A stretch of 64,000 bases of DNA from a virus. The translations under genes were made by a program, and so were the position numbers. The stretch is taken from IMG/VR virus record IMGVR_UViG_3300045988_100041; one strand, given 5' to 3'. Positions within the stretch are counted from its first letter, which is position 1; the number at the start of each line of letters is the position of its first letter. Of the stretch, positions 55,750-61,949 are shown piece after piece. The notes under the pieces were generated by a model. The model ran no database searches and was not told where the DNA came from. It was given only the letters and a program-made list of their open reading frames with translations.

Positions 55750-56859
55750 TCAGTTGTCCCGCTTTGCGGAAAGATTTTTCAGTTCTTTCACACACTGCGC
55801 AGTGATTTTCACTGCTTCATCGATCTTGGCAAAGTCTTTTTCCTGTTCGGCTCCGAATCTTGGCTGATATTCGTCCATCGGAAGCCGGAGCGTATAGTCA
55901 AAAGAAAACCGGACGGCGCTTCGGGCGCGTTCTTCCTGGTATCCAGCGGCAAGCAGGACTCTCGACGGCTTATTGTCTCCGCTGGAACACGCCGCACCGC
56001 CAGACACCATGACATTCTCAGAAGAAAGTCTCAGGACAAGGGCGGTATTTTCAACGCCTGGGAACGAGATATTTGCGATATAGGGAGACTGCGAAGATTT
56101 GTTTCCTTCGTAGACGCTGCCGTTTAATTTTGCGTCCGGGATCTCGTTCATCATACCATCAATGAGCCGGTCGTGCAAGCGGCCTGCCATTTCTGCAAAC
56201 TCCGCAAGATGCTGTGTCCGGAACCAGAGCGCCTGAGAAAACGCCGCAGCGAGTGCGACAGAAGGGGTTGCGAAATGTTCCAGTTCATAGATGCTTTCCG
56301 GATCTTTTGCAATCAGAACACCGATGCCGACGGGCGCGCCGAATTTATGGCCGCCGCCTGCAATGTAGTCGATTCCGTCCGACTTGTAATTGAGCTGGAA
56401 TTTTCCCATGGCTGCGGTGCAGTCGGAAAAGCATACATTCCACGCGCCTGTGTTTTCTAGGTCGTAAATGAATCCGGTTTCGTTGCAGGTGTGGATATGC
56501 GCAAGAGCGGCTTCTTTTTTGCGGGACCTGCTGTGAATCTTACCGTAATCGGGAAGTCTTTTATAGACTGCGTCGTGTTCGTAGGAAGAACAAAGCGCGT
56601 CTCGATAATCGTTCAGGAGGCGAAGCGCTGCAAGGCGGCAGCTTTCGGTGGCGCTGGATGTGAAGATGACCTGCTCCGGTTCGCAGTTTATGCACGCTGC
56701 GACGATTTTTTTCTGTTCCTGCAAAAAGGCGTTGTTTCTTGTCCCGCTTGCGTGGATGCTGTTTGGATTCCCGACTTCACCACGGCATACCCTTGCAAAT
56801 TCGCGCATGGATGAGGAAAGCACCGGCGATGTGGCTGCGTAGTCGAGGTAGATCAGCAT
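55750..56859 (-). CDS. class-V aminotransferase / cysteine desulfurase (NifS/IscS-like)
   Basis: YLDYAATSP, GNPNSIH, SSYEHDAV, FSDCTAA, GGGHKFGAPVGIGVL (PLP lysine) and VSGGAACSSG (active-site Cys loop). Confidence 0.8.
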   Translation of the reverse strand: MLIYLDYAATSPVLSSSMREFARVCRGEVGNPNSIHASGTRNNAFLQEQKKIVAACINCEPEQVIFTSSATESCRLAALRLLNDYRDALCSSYEHDAVYKRLPDYGKIHSRSRKKEAALAHIHTCNETGFIYDLENTGAWNVCFSDCTAAMGKFQLNYKSDGIDYIAGGGHKFGAPVGIGVLIAKDPESIYELEHFATPSVALAAAFSQALWFRTQHLAEFAEMAGRLHDRLIDGMMNEIPDAKLNGSVYEGNKSSQSPYIANISFPGVENTALVLRLSSENVMVSGGAACSSGDNKPSRVLLAAGYQEERARSAVRFSFDYTLRLPMDEYQPRFGAEQEKDFAKIDEAVKITAQCVKELKNLSAKRDN

Positions 56860-57368
56860 GGCGCGGTCCCTCCGAAGTTTGGAACGAAGGAAGAAAGAAG
56901 CTGATGATAGAACTTATTTTGCGCCTGCAGCTCAATGCACCGCTCTTTCAGCGAGGATAGTTCTGCGTCCGGTTCTTTGGAAACGGGAAGCACGCCGGAA
57001 GGCCCCGGATTTTTGGGTTCATTTGCGCCGCTCAGACCGATGGACACCAGAAGGGCGCTGTCTACGAGCTGCATTTCATGCTGCTCCAAGGTCGAGATAT
57101 AGCTTCCAAGGCGTTCTTTGCTGACGGTATAGATGTTTTCACACAGGACGGTATTTTTCACGCCTTTCATTGTGATTTCCACGTGCGTCGGAAGGGGCTT
57201 TTTCTTCTCTGCGGTCGTTAAGTAGCAGATCTCTATGTTCGGAGAAAATAGGTTATTTTTCTCGTTTGAAACGACAACGGCAGGTCTTGACTTGCGAATT
57301 TCACTTCCAAGCCCGTCTTTCCAGTTATCTACCCAGAAAATATCGCCGCGATGGATGCTACGTTCCAT
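56853..57368 (-). CDS. MazF/PemK-fold toxin-like protein with C-terminal extension
   Basis: IHRGDIFWVDNWKDGLGSEIRKSRPAVVVSNEKNN ... ICYLTTAEKKKPLPTHVEI ... LCENIYTVSKERL, plus a roughly 60-aa tail. Its stop overlaps the desulfurase start by 7 nt. Confidence 0.7.
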   Translation of the reverse strand: MERSIHRGDIFWVDNWKDGLGSEIRKSRPAVVVSNEKNNLFSPNIEICYLTTAEKKKPLPTHVEITMKGVKNTVLCENIYTVSKERLGSYISTLEQHEMQLVDSALLVSIGLSGANEPKNPGPSGVLPVSKEPDAELSSLKERCIELQAQNKFYHQLLSSFVPNFGGTAPC

Positions 57369-57469
57369 TTCTTTCGTCCTTTCTTTCACATTTTTCTATG
57401 TACGGCGGCACGTCCGCACGATATGCCGCCTATTCAGTTTAATTGCGTTTGAACTGAATATTGAGGGTG

Positions 57470-57742
57470 TTATCTCACTGCGTCTTTCAGCGCCTTTGCG
57501 GGGCTGAAACGAACGACGAAGTGCTGGGGAACGTCGATGGTTTTGCCGGTATTCGGATTTCTCGACTGCTTGCTGGCGCAGTATTTCGCGGCGAATTTGC
57601 CGAAGCCCGGAACGTTCACGGTGTCATGCACGATGAGCGCTTCCTGCACCGCATCGAACACGGCATTTACTGCGCAGATCGCCTGCGTCTTCGGAACGTC
57701 CATCCGGTTCGCTACGGCGGTTACGAGTTCGTCTTTGTTCAT
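57470..57742 (-). CDS. hup: HU/IHF-family DNA-binding protein
   Basis: MNKDELVTAVANRMDV ... VPGFGKFAAKYCASKQSRNPNTGKTIDVPQHFVVRFSPAKALKDAV. Confidence 0.9.
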   Translation of the reverse strand: MNKDELVTAVANRMDVPKTQAICAVNAVFDAVQEALIVHDTVNVPGFGKFAAKYCASKQSRNPNTGKTIDVPQHFVVRFSPAKALKDAVR

Positions 57743-57769
57743 GATTTTCCTCCTTTCCCGAAAATTTCA

Positions 57770-57845
57770 TGGTGAGCCGTCCCGGAGTCGAACCGAGATT
57801 TTACCAGTTATGAGCTGGTCGCTCTAGCCTTTGAGATAACGGCCC
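57770..57845 (-). tRNA. tRNA-Met or tRNA-Ile2 (anticodon CAU)
   Basis: Hand-folded cloverleaf. Acceptor GGGCCGU/ACGGCUC, anticodon arm ACCAG-CUCAUAA-CUGGU, T-arm CUCGG-UUCGACU-CCGGG, encoded ACCA. The D-stem has one mismatch. Confidence 0.8.
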
Positions 57846-58221
57846 ATCGATTCCGGCTTGACGTACCGGCCGCGAGGTCTTGTGCACAGACCAACGGCAA
57901 ATCAGGTGATTGCACACCGTCTCCACCTTGTTATCCTCATGATGGACGATCTGAGTGGGGAGTTCCCATTTCGCTTGTTTACTCCCAAACTTCGCTATCG
58001 GCTATATCAACCCGACGACACCGCTGCCAGATGCGGAGGTTTCATTCCATCGGGGGAAGTCATCCGATGGCGGGCATGGGCGGCTTGGCAGAATCGAACT
58101 GCCTCGGGTCAGTTGCTCGTCGCTTCCCTTTACCAAATGCCGCGTGTTGCCACACTGACGCAGTGGCCGCGGAGGGTTGGCTTTATTTATAACGCGCCAC
58201 GACTCCCACAAGAGGGCGCTT
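57846..58221 (-). ncRNA. non-coding GC-rich spacer with T-loop-like hairpin; candidate part of a large structured RNA
   Basis: No credible ORF. Hairpins include GGCAG-TTCGATT-CTGCC (58087-58103, minus sense), CATCGG/CCGATG, GGTCT/AGACC and GCGCC/GGCGC. Strand is inferred from the neighbouring genes. Confidence 0.3.
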
Positions 58222-58380
58222 TGGCGGATGCGGCGGGGATTTGAACCCCGCATGGTGCAGACAGTATGCGACGAGCTTTATTCCCGTCCGAGGTGGCTGC
58301 TTGAACCCCAATAGGTTTGAGTGTGCCGCGCTTTCCTGCACCGCATACCCTTGCTACCTTTTCCATTCGGCCACGCATCC
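58222..58380 (-). ncRNA. 159-nt tRNA-like RNA with greatly extended central arm
   Basis: Nested perfect 7-bp helices 58226-58232/58374-58380 and 58264-58270/58342-58348. T-arm CGGGG-UUCAAAU-CCCCG. Class-II-like D-arm UGGCCGAAUGGAAAAGGU. 3' end is G-CCA. Confidence 0.45.
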
Positions 58381-58389
58381 ATATTTTGC

Positions 58390-58713
58390 TCAGATTTTTG
58401 CGGTACAGCGGTATTTGCAGGTTTTCCAGTCCGCGAGGCTGCACGACTCGAAGATGCAGGGTGATCCGGCGTACTCCGGCTTGTCGCAGAATTCGTGGAT
58501 CAGCTCCGGATACAGGGCGTTCATTGCAAAAAGGTTTCTTGCCGAATCCGGCCCGACAAACATCGGCTTTCCTTTCGGTGCGTAGTCACGGATCTGATAG
58601 GGGATTTCGTCCCGTTCGCTGTAGAAATGGACCGCGACCGGCGTCACGTCCTTCTCTACGACGACGTAGACATTTTTCGTGCCGTTGGTGAGATAGCGAA
58701 TGTCCAAGCTCAT
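58390..58713 (-). CDS. hypothetical protein embedded in the RNA locus
   Basis: ATG after AAGGAGGAAAACAA, inside track ORF 58390..58827. 107 aa, no motif recognised. Confidence 0.55.
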   Translation of the reverse strand: MSLDIRYLTNGTKNVYVVVEKDVTPVAVHFYSERDEIPYQIRDYAPKGKPMFVGPDSARNLFAMNALYPELIHEFCDKPEYAGSPCIFESCSLADWKTCKYRCTAKI

Positions 58714-59081
58714 TTGTTTTCCTCCTTGCTTTGTTTTCTTGGTTTTGTACAGCCTGCCTCCCGGCTCCGGAGCCGCCGTTACTCGACGCCTAGACGCTCC
58801 CGTGCAGAAGTTGGTCTGCGTCGCCACGCCGGTTTTTCTTCCATCCTTTACGCCTCACAGCGGACTGTCGGAAGGCCGGGAGGGTAAGCCACGGAACTTT
58901 TCAGCCCTGCGCCGGTGCATCGGTCGCATCCGTTTTTTCACACATTAAGCCGGAGCCAGCTAATTAAATTCGCAATCTGTCGTACTTGCACTACCTACAG
59001 ATTGAGCGGATGGCCGGATATATCGTTTCACCAAGCCTTTGGAACCTCAAAACTTTCCCTGAGTCCGCCGCAATACCCATG

Positions 59082-59155
59082 TGGAGTGCGTGAGGAGAAT
59101 CGAACTCCCACCATCAGATTGGAAGTCTGATGTTCTGCCATTAAACTACACGCAC
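59082..59155 (-). tRNA. tRNA-Gly (anticodon UCC), copy 1
   Basis: Acceptor GUGCGUG/CACGCAC, anticodon arm UCAGA-CUUCCAA-UCUGA, T-arm GGGAG-UUCGAUU-CUCCU, U73 and CCA encoded. Confidence 0.9.
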
Positions 59156-59162
59156 ATAAATG

Positions 59163-59287
59163 GCTCCCCGTTTTACTCCGGTGCGGGAGCGTTCTTCCCG
59201 AAAACCCATAGCCAGGCTTCCCAGCTTGGAGCACCGGAATCTCTGAAATGTTCCGGTGAGCGCCTTCGCTTACATGGGTGACGCTTT
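59163..59287 (-). ncRNA. structured RNA repeat, copy A (125-nt core)
   Basis: Fills the gap between the two tRNA-Gly genes. Shares its fold with copy B, with compensatory substitutions (see finding at 59163-59610). Confidence 0.55.
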
Positions 59288-59295
59288 AAAGAGTA

Positions 59296-59369
59296 TGGAG
59301 CGGCATACGGGAGTTGAACCCGCGTTTTCAGATTGGAAGTCTGACGTGCTTCCGCTGCACCAATGCCGC
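59296..59369 (-). tRNA. tRNA-Gly (anticodon UCC), copy 2
   Basis: Acceptor GCGGCAU/AUGCCGC, D-stem GUGC/GCAC, anticodon arm UCAGA-CUUCCAA-UCUGA, T-arm GCGGG-UUCAACU-CCCGU, U73 and CCA encoded. Confidence 0.9.
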
Positions 59370-59493
59370 ATAAGGCGCGCATAGGATGGAAGAGGTACAA
59401 GACCATCCCATGCACTTCCGGTCTTTCCCGGCTGCCAGAACAATCCCTATGGAGGGGCAGGCGGGAGGCTCGTGAACCACTGCCTGCATAGAA

Positions 59494-59610
59494 GCTCCCC
59501 ATTTTACTTGGGTGCGGGAGCGCTCCTACCCAAAACCAACAGCCAAGCTTCCCATCTTGGAGCGCCGGACGATTCCGGCGAGCGCCTGCGCTTACGTTGG
59601 CGGTCGCTTT
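59494..59610 (-). ncRNA. structured RNA repeat, copy B (117-nt core)
   Basis: Aligns with copy A from AAAGCG to GGGGAGC. All helices are conserved through paired changes. Confidence 0.55.
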
Positions 59611-59668
59611 TCTGCACAGAAAGGAGACATTACGCCTCGCCGCAGCAGCACAGAAGGGAGCTGCGGCA

Positions 59669-59739
59669 TGGTGGGAAAATGCGGAATTGAACCGCAGCAT
59701 GAAGGCTTTATGTTCCTCCCTAGCGCACCTGCTTTTCCC
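59669..59739 (-). ncRNA. aberrant tRNA-like element
   Basis: Canonical acceptor GGGAAAA/UUUUCCC, T-arm UGCGG-UUCAAUU-CCGCA and ACCA. There is no foldable D-arm, and the anticodon-like arm GGAGG/CCUUC carries a 9-nt loop AACAUAAAG. Confidence 0.4.
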
Positions 59740-59768
59740 GCATGGCGTGACGGGTCACGCCTTGTTTT

Positions 59769-60869
59769 CTATGCGATCTCCGACCGGCTTTTTTTGACGG
59801 TAGGCTGCGGCCGGAGGTTTGAGAAAAAATCATCGCCCTGCATTTCAAGATACCGCTTGTTGCGGTCTGCCTGACGGTCTTTTTCTTCCTGCACAAGAAG
59901 CGTCTGGCGGCGTTTCCTGCGGCTGGTGAGTTTGCCGGAATAGATCTGCGTGACTTCTGCCGATTCATGCCCGAGCTTTGCTTGCAGTTCTTCCAGAGGC
60001 ATGCCGCCGTTGAGATCGAGCCGCGCGCCGACGTGCCGCAGGTCGTGGGACCGGACATTATCTACACCTGTCACGCGCTTTACATGGCGGCGGACAAGCT
60101 CTGTCAGCCATTGACGGCTGCCGGCGTGCCAGGATTCTGCGTTGAAGTTTCTGGACGTTCTGACTTTTTCTGCGCAGGTTCCAAAGAGCGGGTCATCGTC
60201 TTTTGCATAGGAAGGGCGGATGCCGCTTTTAAGATAGAGCCTTACGGCGGTCTGCGCGATGGGCGGGAAGTCTACAACGCGGTATTTGTTGCCCTTGCCG
60301 TGCTCTACGGTCAGCTCTTCGTTTTCCCAGTCCAAGTCGGCAGGCGTGAGGGCGAGAAGTTCGCAGTTTCTGATCTCTGTGGACAGAAACAGGACGGCGA
60401 TTGCATAGTTTCGCTCCCATTCCGGAACGCCGCTTGATTTTGGGGAGTTGTTCCGCCACAAAAGTGCCGCCTGTTCGTCGGTCAGAATCTGGTCATAGGG
60501 TCTTGCATCTTCCTGACGGGTGTCCGGCATGAGGAATTTGGAGACGGGGTTTTTGTCATAAAAGCGGTAGTCTCCAAGCTGGGGAGACGAGGCGTATTCA
60601 TAAAATCCGGAAAGAACTTTCAGATACTGCTTGACGGTGGACGGTTTTCTGCCGGTTGCAAGCAGCATATCACGCCACGCCTGAATGTCTGTGAAGGATA
60701 CCTCGTGGTTCCAGTTGTCCCGATCTTCAATCATAAAGAGGCTGAACAGTTTTATCACGTTGTCGATATTTTCAACCGTATTTTCTGAGCGCCCGATGGC
60801 GATCATGTTTGAACGGTAGGAACGGTAGGCTTCCATGAACTTCTTTTCTTCCTTGATGGGCGGTGCCAT
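59769..60869 (-). CDS. second tyrosine recombinase/integrase (XerC/D-like)
   Basis: N-terminal SAM-like core-binding region, then SHDLRHVGARL and LGHESAEVTQIYSG. ATG after AAAGGAGCAATACAT. Confidence 0.85.
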   Translation of the reverse strand: MAPPIKEEKKFMEAYRSYRSNMIAIGRSENTVENIDNVIKLFSLFMIEDRDNWNHEVSFTDIQAWRDMLLATGRKPSTVKQYLKVLSGFYEYASSPQLGDYRFYDKNPVSKFLMPDTRQEDARPYDQILTDEQAALLWRNNSPKSSGVPEWERNYAIAVLFLSTEIRNCELLALTPADLDWENEELTVEHGKGNKYRVVDFPPIAQTAVRLYLKSGIRPSYAKDDDPLFGTCAEKVRTSRNFNAESWHAGSRQWLTELVRRHVKRVTGVDNVRSHDLRHVGARLDLNGGMPLEELQAKLGHESAEVTQIYSGKLTSRRKRRQTLLVQEEKDRQADRNKRYLEMQGDDFFSNLRPQPTVKKSRSEIA

Positions 60870-60914
60870 ATGTATTGCTCCTTTCTGTTTTCACTATATC
60901 AAATGGAAAAAGCG

Positions 60915-60930
60915 AATGTGCAACATGGGA
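60915..60930 (-). promoter_or_regulatory. repeated promoter/operator box, copy 1 (upstream of integrase 2)
   Basis: Minus-sense TCCCATGTTGCACATT contains a TTGCAC -35-like hexamer, with GATATA/TATAGT downstream. Near-identical to the box at 61704-61720. Confidence 0.4.
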
Positions 60931-60958
60931 ATTTATTATCTTCCGGCTATCTTTTCTT

Positions 60959-60992
60959 CTGCCGGGGAGCGGGAGTTTGTCCCGCCCGGCAG
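60959..60992. repeat. GC-rich hairpin repeat, copy 1
   Basis: CTGCCGG-GGAGCGGGA-GTTTG-TCCCGC-CCGGCAG, preceded by ATCTTTTCTT. Directly after the stop of ORF 61001..61168. Confidence 0.5.
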
Positions 60993-61000
60993 GAAAATAT

Positions 61001-61168
61001 TTAATACGTCCAGTTCTTTAAGATCTCAGAGCCAAACTGAATGCGCGGACGGAAGCGACCGCAGGTATTTTCGTTCATGCGCCGCGCGGCGGCTCTTGCT
61101 TCTTCCAGGGTCTGGTAGGTTCCGACGAGAATCGGAGTATCGAAAAATGTATCGTAAAGGAAATACAT
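61001..61168 (-). CDS. small hypothetical protein (55 aa)
   Basis: ATG shares its A with the upstream TGA (TGATG). MYFLYDTFFDTPILVGTYQTLEEARAAARRMNE... Confidence 0.4.
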   Translation of the reverse strand: MYFLYDTFFDTPILVGTYQTLEEARAAARRMNENTCGRFRPRIQFGSEILKNWTY

Positions 61169-61398
61169 CACAGAACCCCCACACTCTTTGTAATAGCGCA
61201 GCAGGCGGCGATTGCGAGGATACAGGCGGCGGCGAGAACGAGGGCAATGAATCTGCGTTCTTTGATTTTGCGGCGCTTGTTGGCGGCGTAGGCGTTTCTG
61301 GCGCGCACCTGATCGGCGTGGTGACAGACGATGTGGCTGAAAACATCCTCGGGAAGAAGCTCCGGGACGCAGGCGATGGCGGTACATTTCTTTTTCAT
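61168..61398 (-). CDS. small tail-anchored membrane protein
   Basis: Internal ATG of track ORF 61168..61446. C-terminal hydrophobic FIALVLAAACILAIAACCAI. Confidence 0.4.
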   Translation of the reverse strand: MKKKCTAIACVPELLPEDVFSHIVCHHADQVRARNAYAANKRRKIKERRFIALVLAAACILAIAACCAITKSVGVL

Positions 61399-61456
61399 TG
61401 GTATGGTCTCCTTTTTGAATTTTCTACAGGCGCGGACGCCCGGCATCTTTTCTTCT

Positions 61457-61490
61457 GCCGGGGAAGCGGGATTTGTCCCGCTTCCCCCGG
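61457..61490. repeat. GC-rich hairpin repeat, copy 2
   Basis: CCGGGGAAGCGGGA-TTTG-TCCCGCTTCCCCCGG, preceded by the same ATCTTTTCTTCTG. Directly after the stop of the 40-aa ORF. Confidence 0.5.
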
Positions 61491-61500
61491 AGAAATTGGG

Positions 61501-61623
61501 TCATTTTTTGTTTTCCTGTTCGCGAAGAAGCTCCTGTATCTTTTCTTCGAGAAGCTTTTTCTGCTCGTCGGTCAGTCGTGAAACAATTTTCAAAAGTTCC
61601 ACGGTTTCGTTTTCGTTTTTCAT
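61501..61623 (-). CDS. small hypothetical protein (40 aa, below the track cutoff)
   Basis: ATG after GTCAGGAGGTACGCAG. Hand-translated as MKNENETVELLKIVSRLTDEQKKLLEEKIQELLREQENKK. Confidence 0.35.
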   Translation of the reverse strand: MKNENETVELLKIVSRLTDEQKKLLEEKIQELLREQENKK

Positions 61624-61703
61624 CTGCGTACCTCCTGACTTAATCGTTCCTTTTTGTTTGGGGATTCATCATCCTATTATTAGGATACCAATCGCAAAAA
61701 GGA

Positions 61704-61720
61704 AATGTGCAACATAGGGA
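61704..61720 (-). promoter_or_regulatory. repeated promoter/operator box, copy 2
   Basis: Minus-sense TCCCTATGTTGCACATT. About 80 nt upstream of the 40-aa ORF. Confidence 0.4.
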
Positions 61721-61721
61721 G

Positions 61722-61928
61722 CTACGCGGTGACGATTTCGGTCAGTACGTCGATGGATGCGTCTACGTGACCGTCAACGATGTTGAAGTAGACGGTTTTT
61801 ATGACGAAGTTTCCGATGCCTTTCATAATGACGGGGCTTGCCAGATCGACATTGTTAGAGCCGCCGTCCACGCAGACGTGCCAGCGGGTCACATTTAGAG
61901 ATGTTTCGTATAGTTCTTTGATGGTCAT
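61722..61928 (-). CDS. hypothetical protein
   Basis: Internal ATG of track ORF 61722..61943. Confidence 0.4.
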   Translation of the reverse strand: MTIKELYETSLNVTRWHVCVDGGSNNVDLASPVIMKGIGNFVIKTVYFNIVDGHVDASIDVLTEIVTA

Positions 61929-61949
61929 TGTGATTCCTCCCATATAAAA

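Noticed and set aside
55750-56859. DndA/SspA role of the cysteine desulfurase in DNA phosphorothioation.
   Set aside because: No DndB-E or SspB-D-like partners (ATPase, PAPS-reductase-like protein, nickase) occur anywhere in the window.
58222-58380. tmRNA or tRNA-Sec identity for the tRNA-like RNA. The 3' end CCGCAUCC-G-CCA resembles an 8-bp acceptor plus a G discriminator.
   Set aside because: At 159 nt it is too short for tmRNA, and it has no tag-peptide reading frame or pseudoknot series. It is too long for tRNA-Sec, and no UCA anticodon stem-loop can be drawn.
57846-58389. RNase P RNA.
   Set aside because: I could not find the conserved P4 strands (GAGGAAAGUCC... and ...ACAGAA..CGGCUUA) in either orientation.
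59156-59295. HDV-like (theta-type) self-cleaving ribozyme directly downstream of a phage tRNA. Also considered: T-box or glycine riboswitch.
   Set aside because: The nested double-pseudoknot order (P1-P2-P3-P1'-P4-P2') cannot be threaded starting at the tRNA 3' end. The element is about twice the size of minimal HDV-like ribozymes. No T-box sequence or glycine-aptamer core was seen. The idea remains worth a formal covariance-model test.
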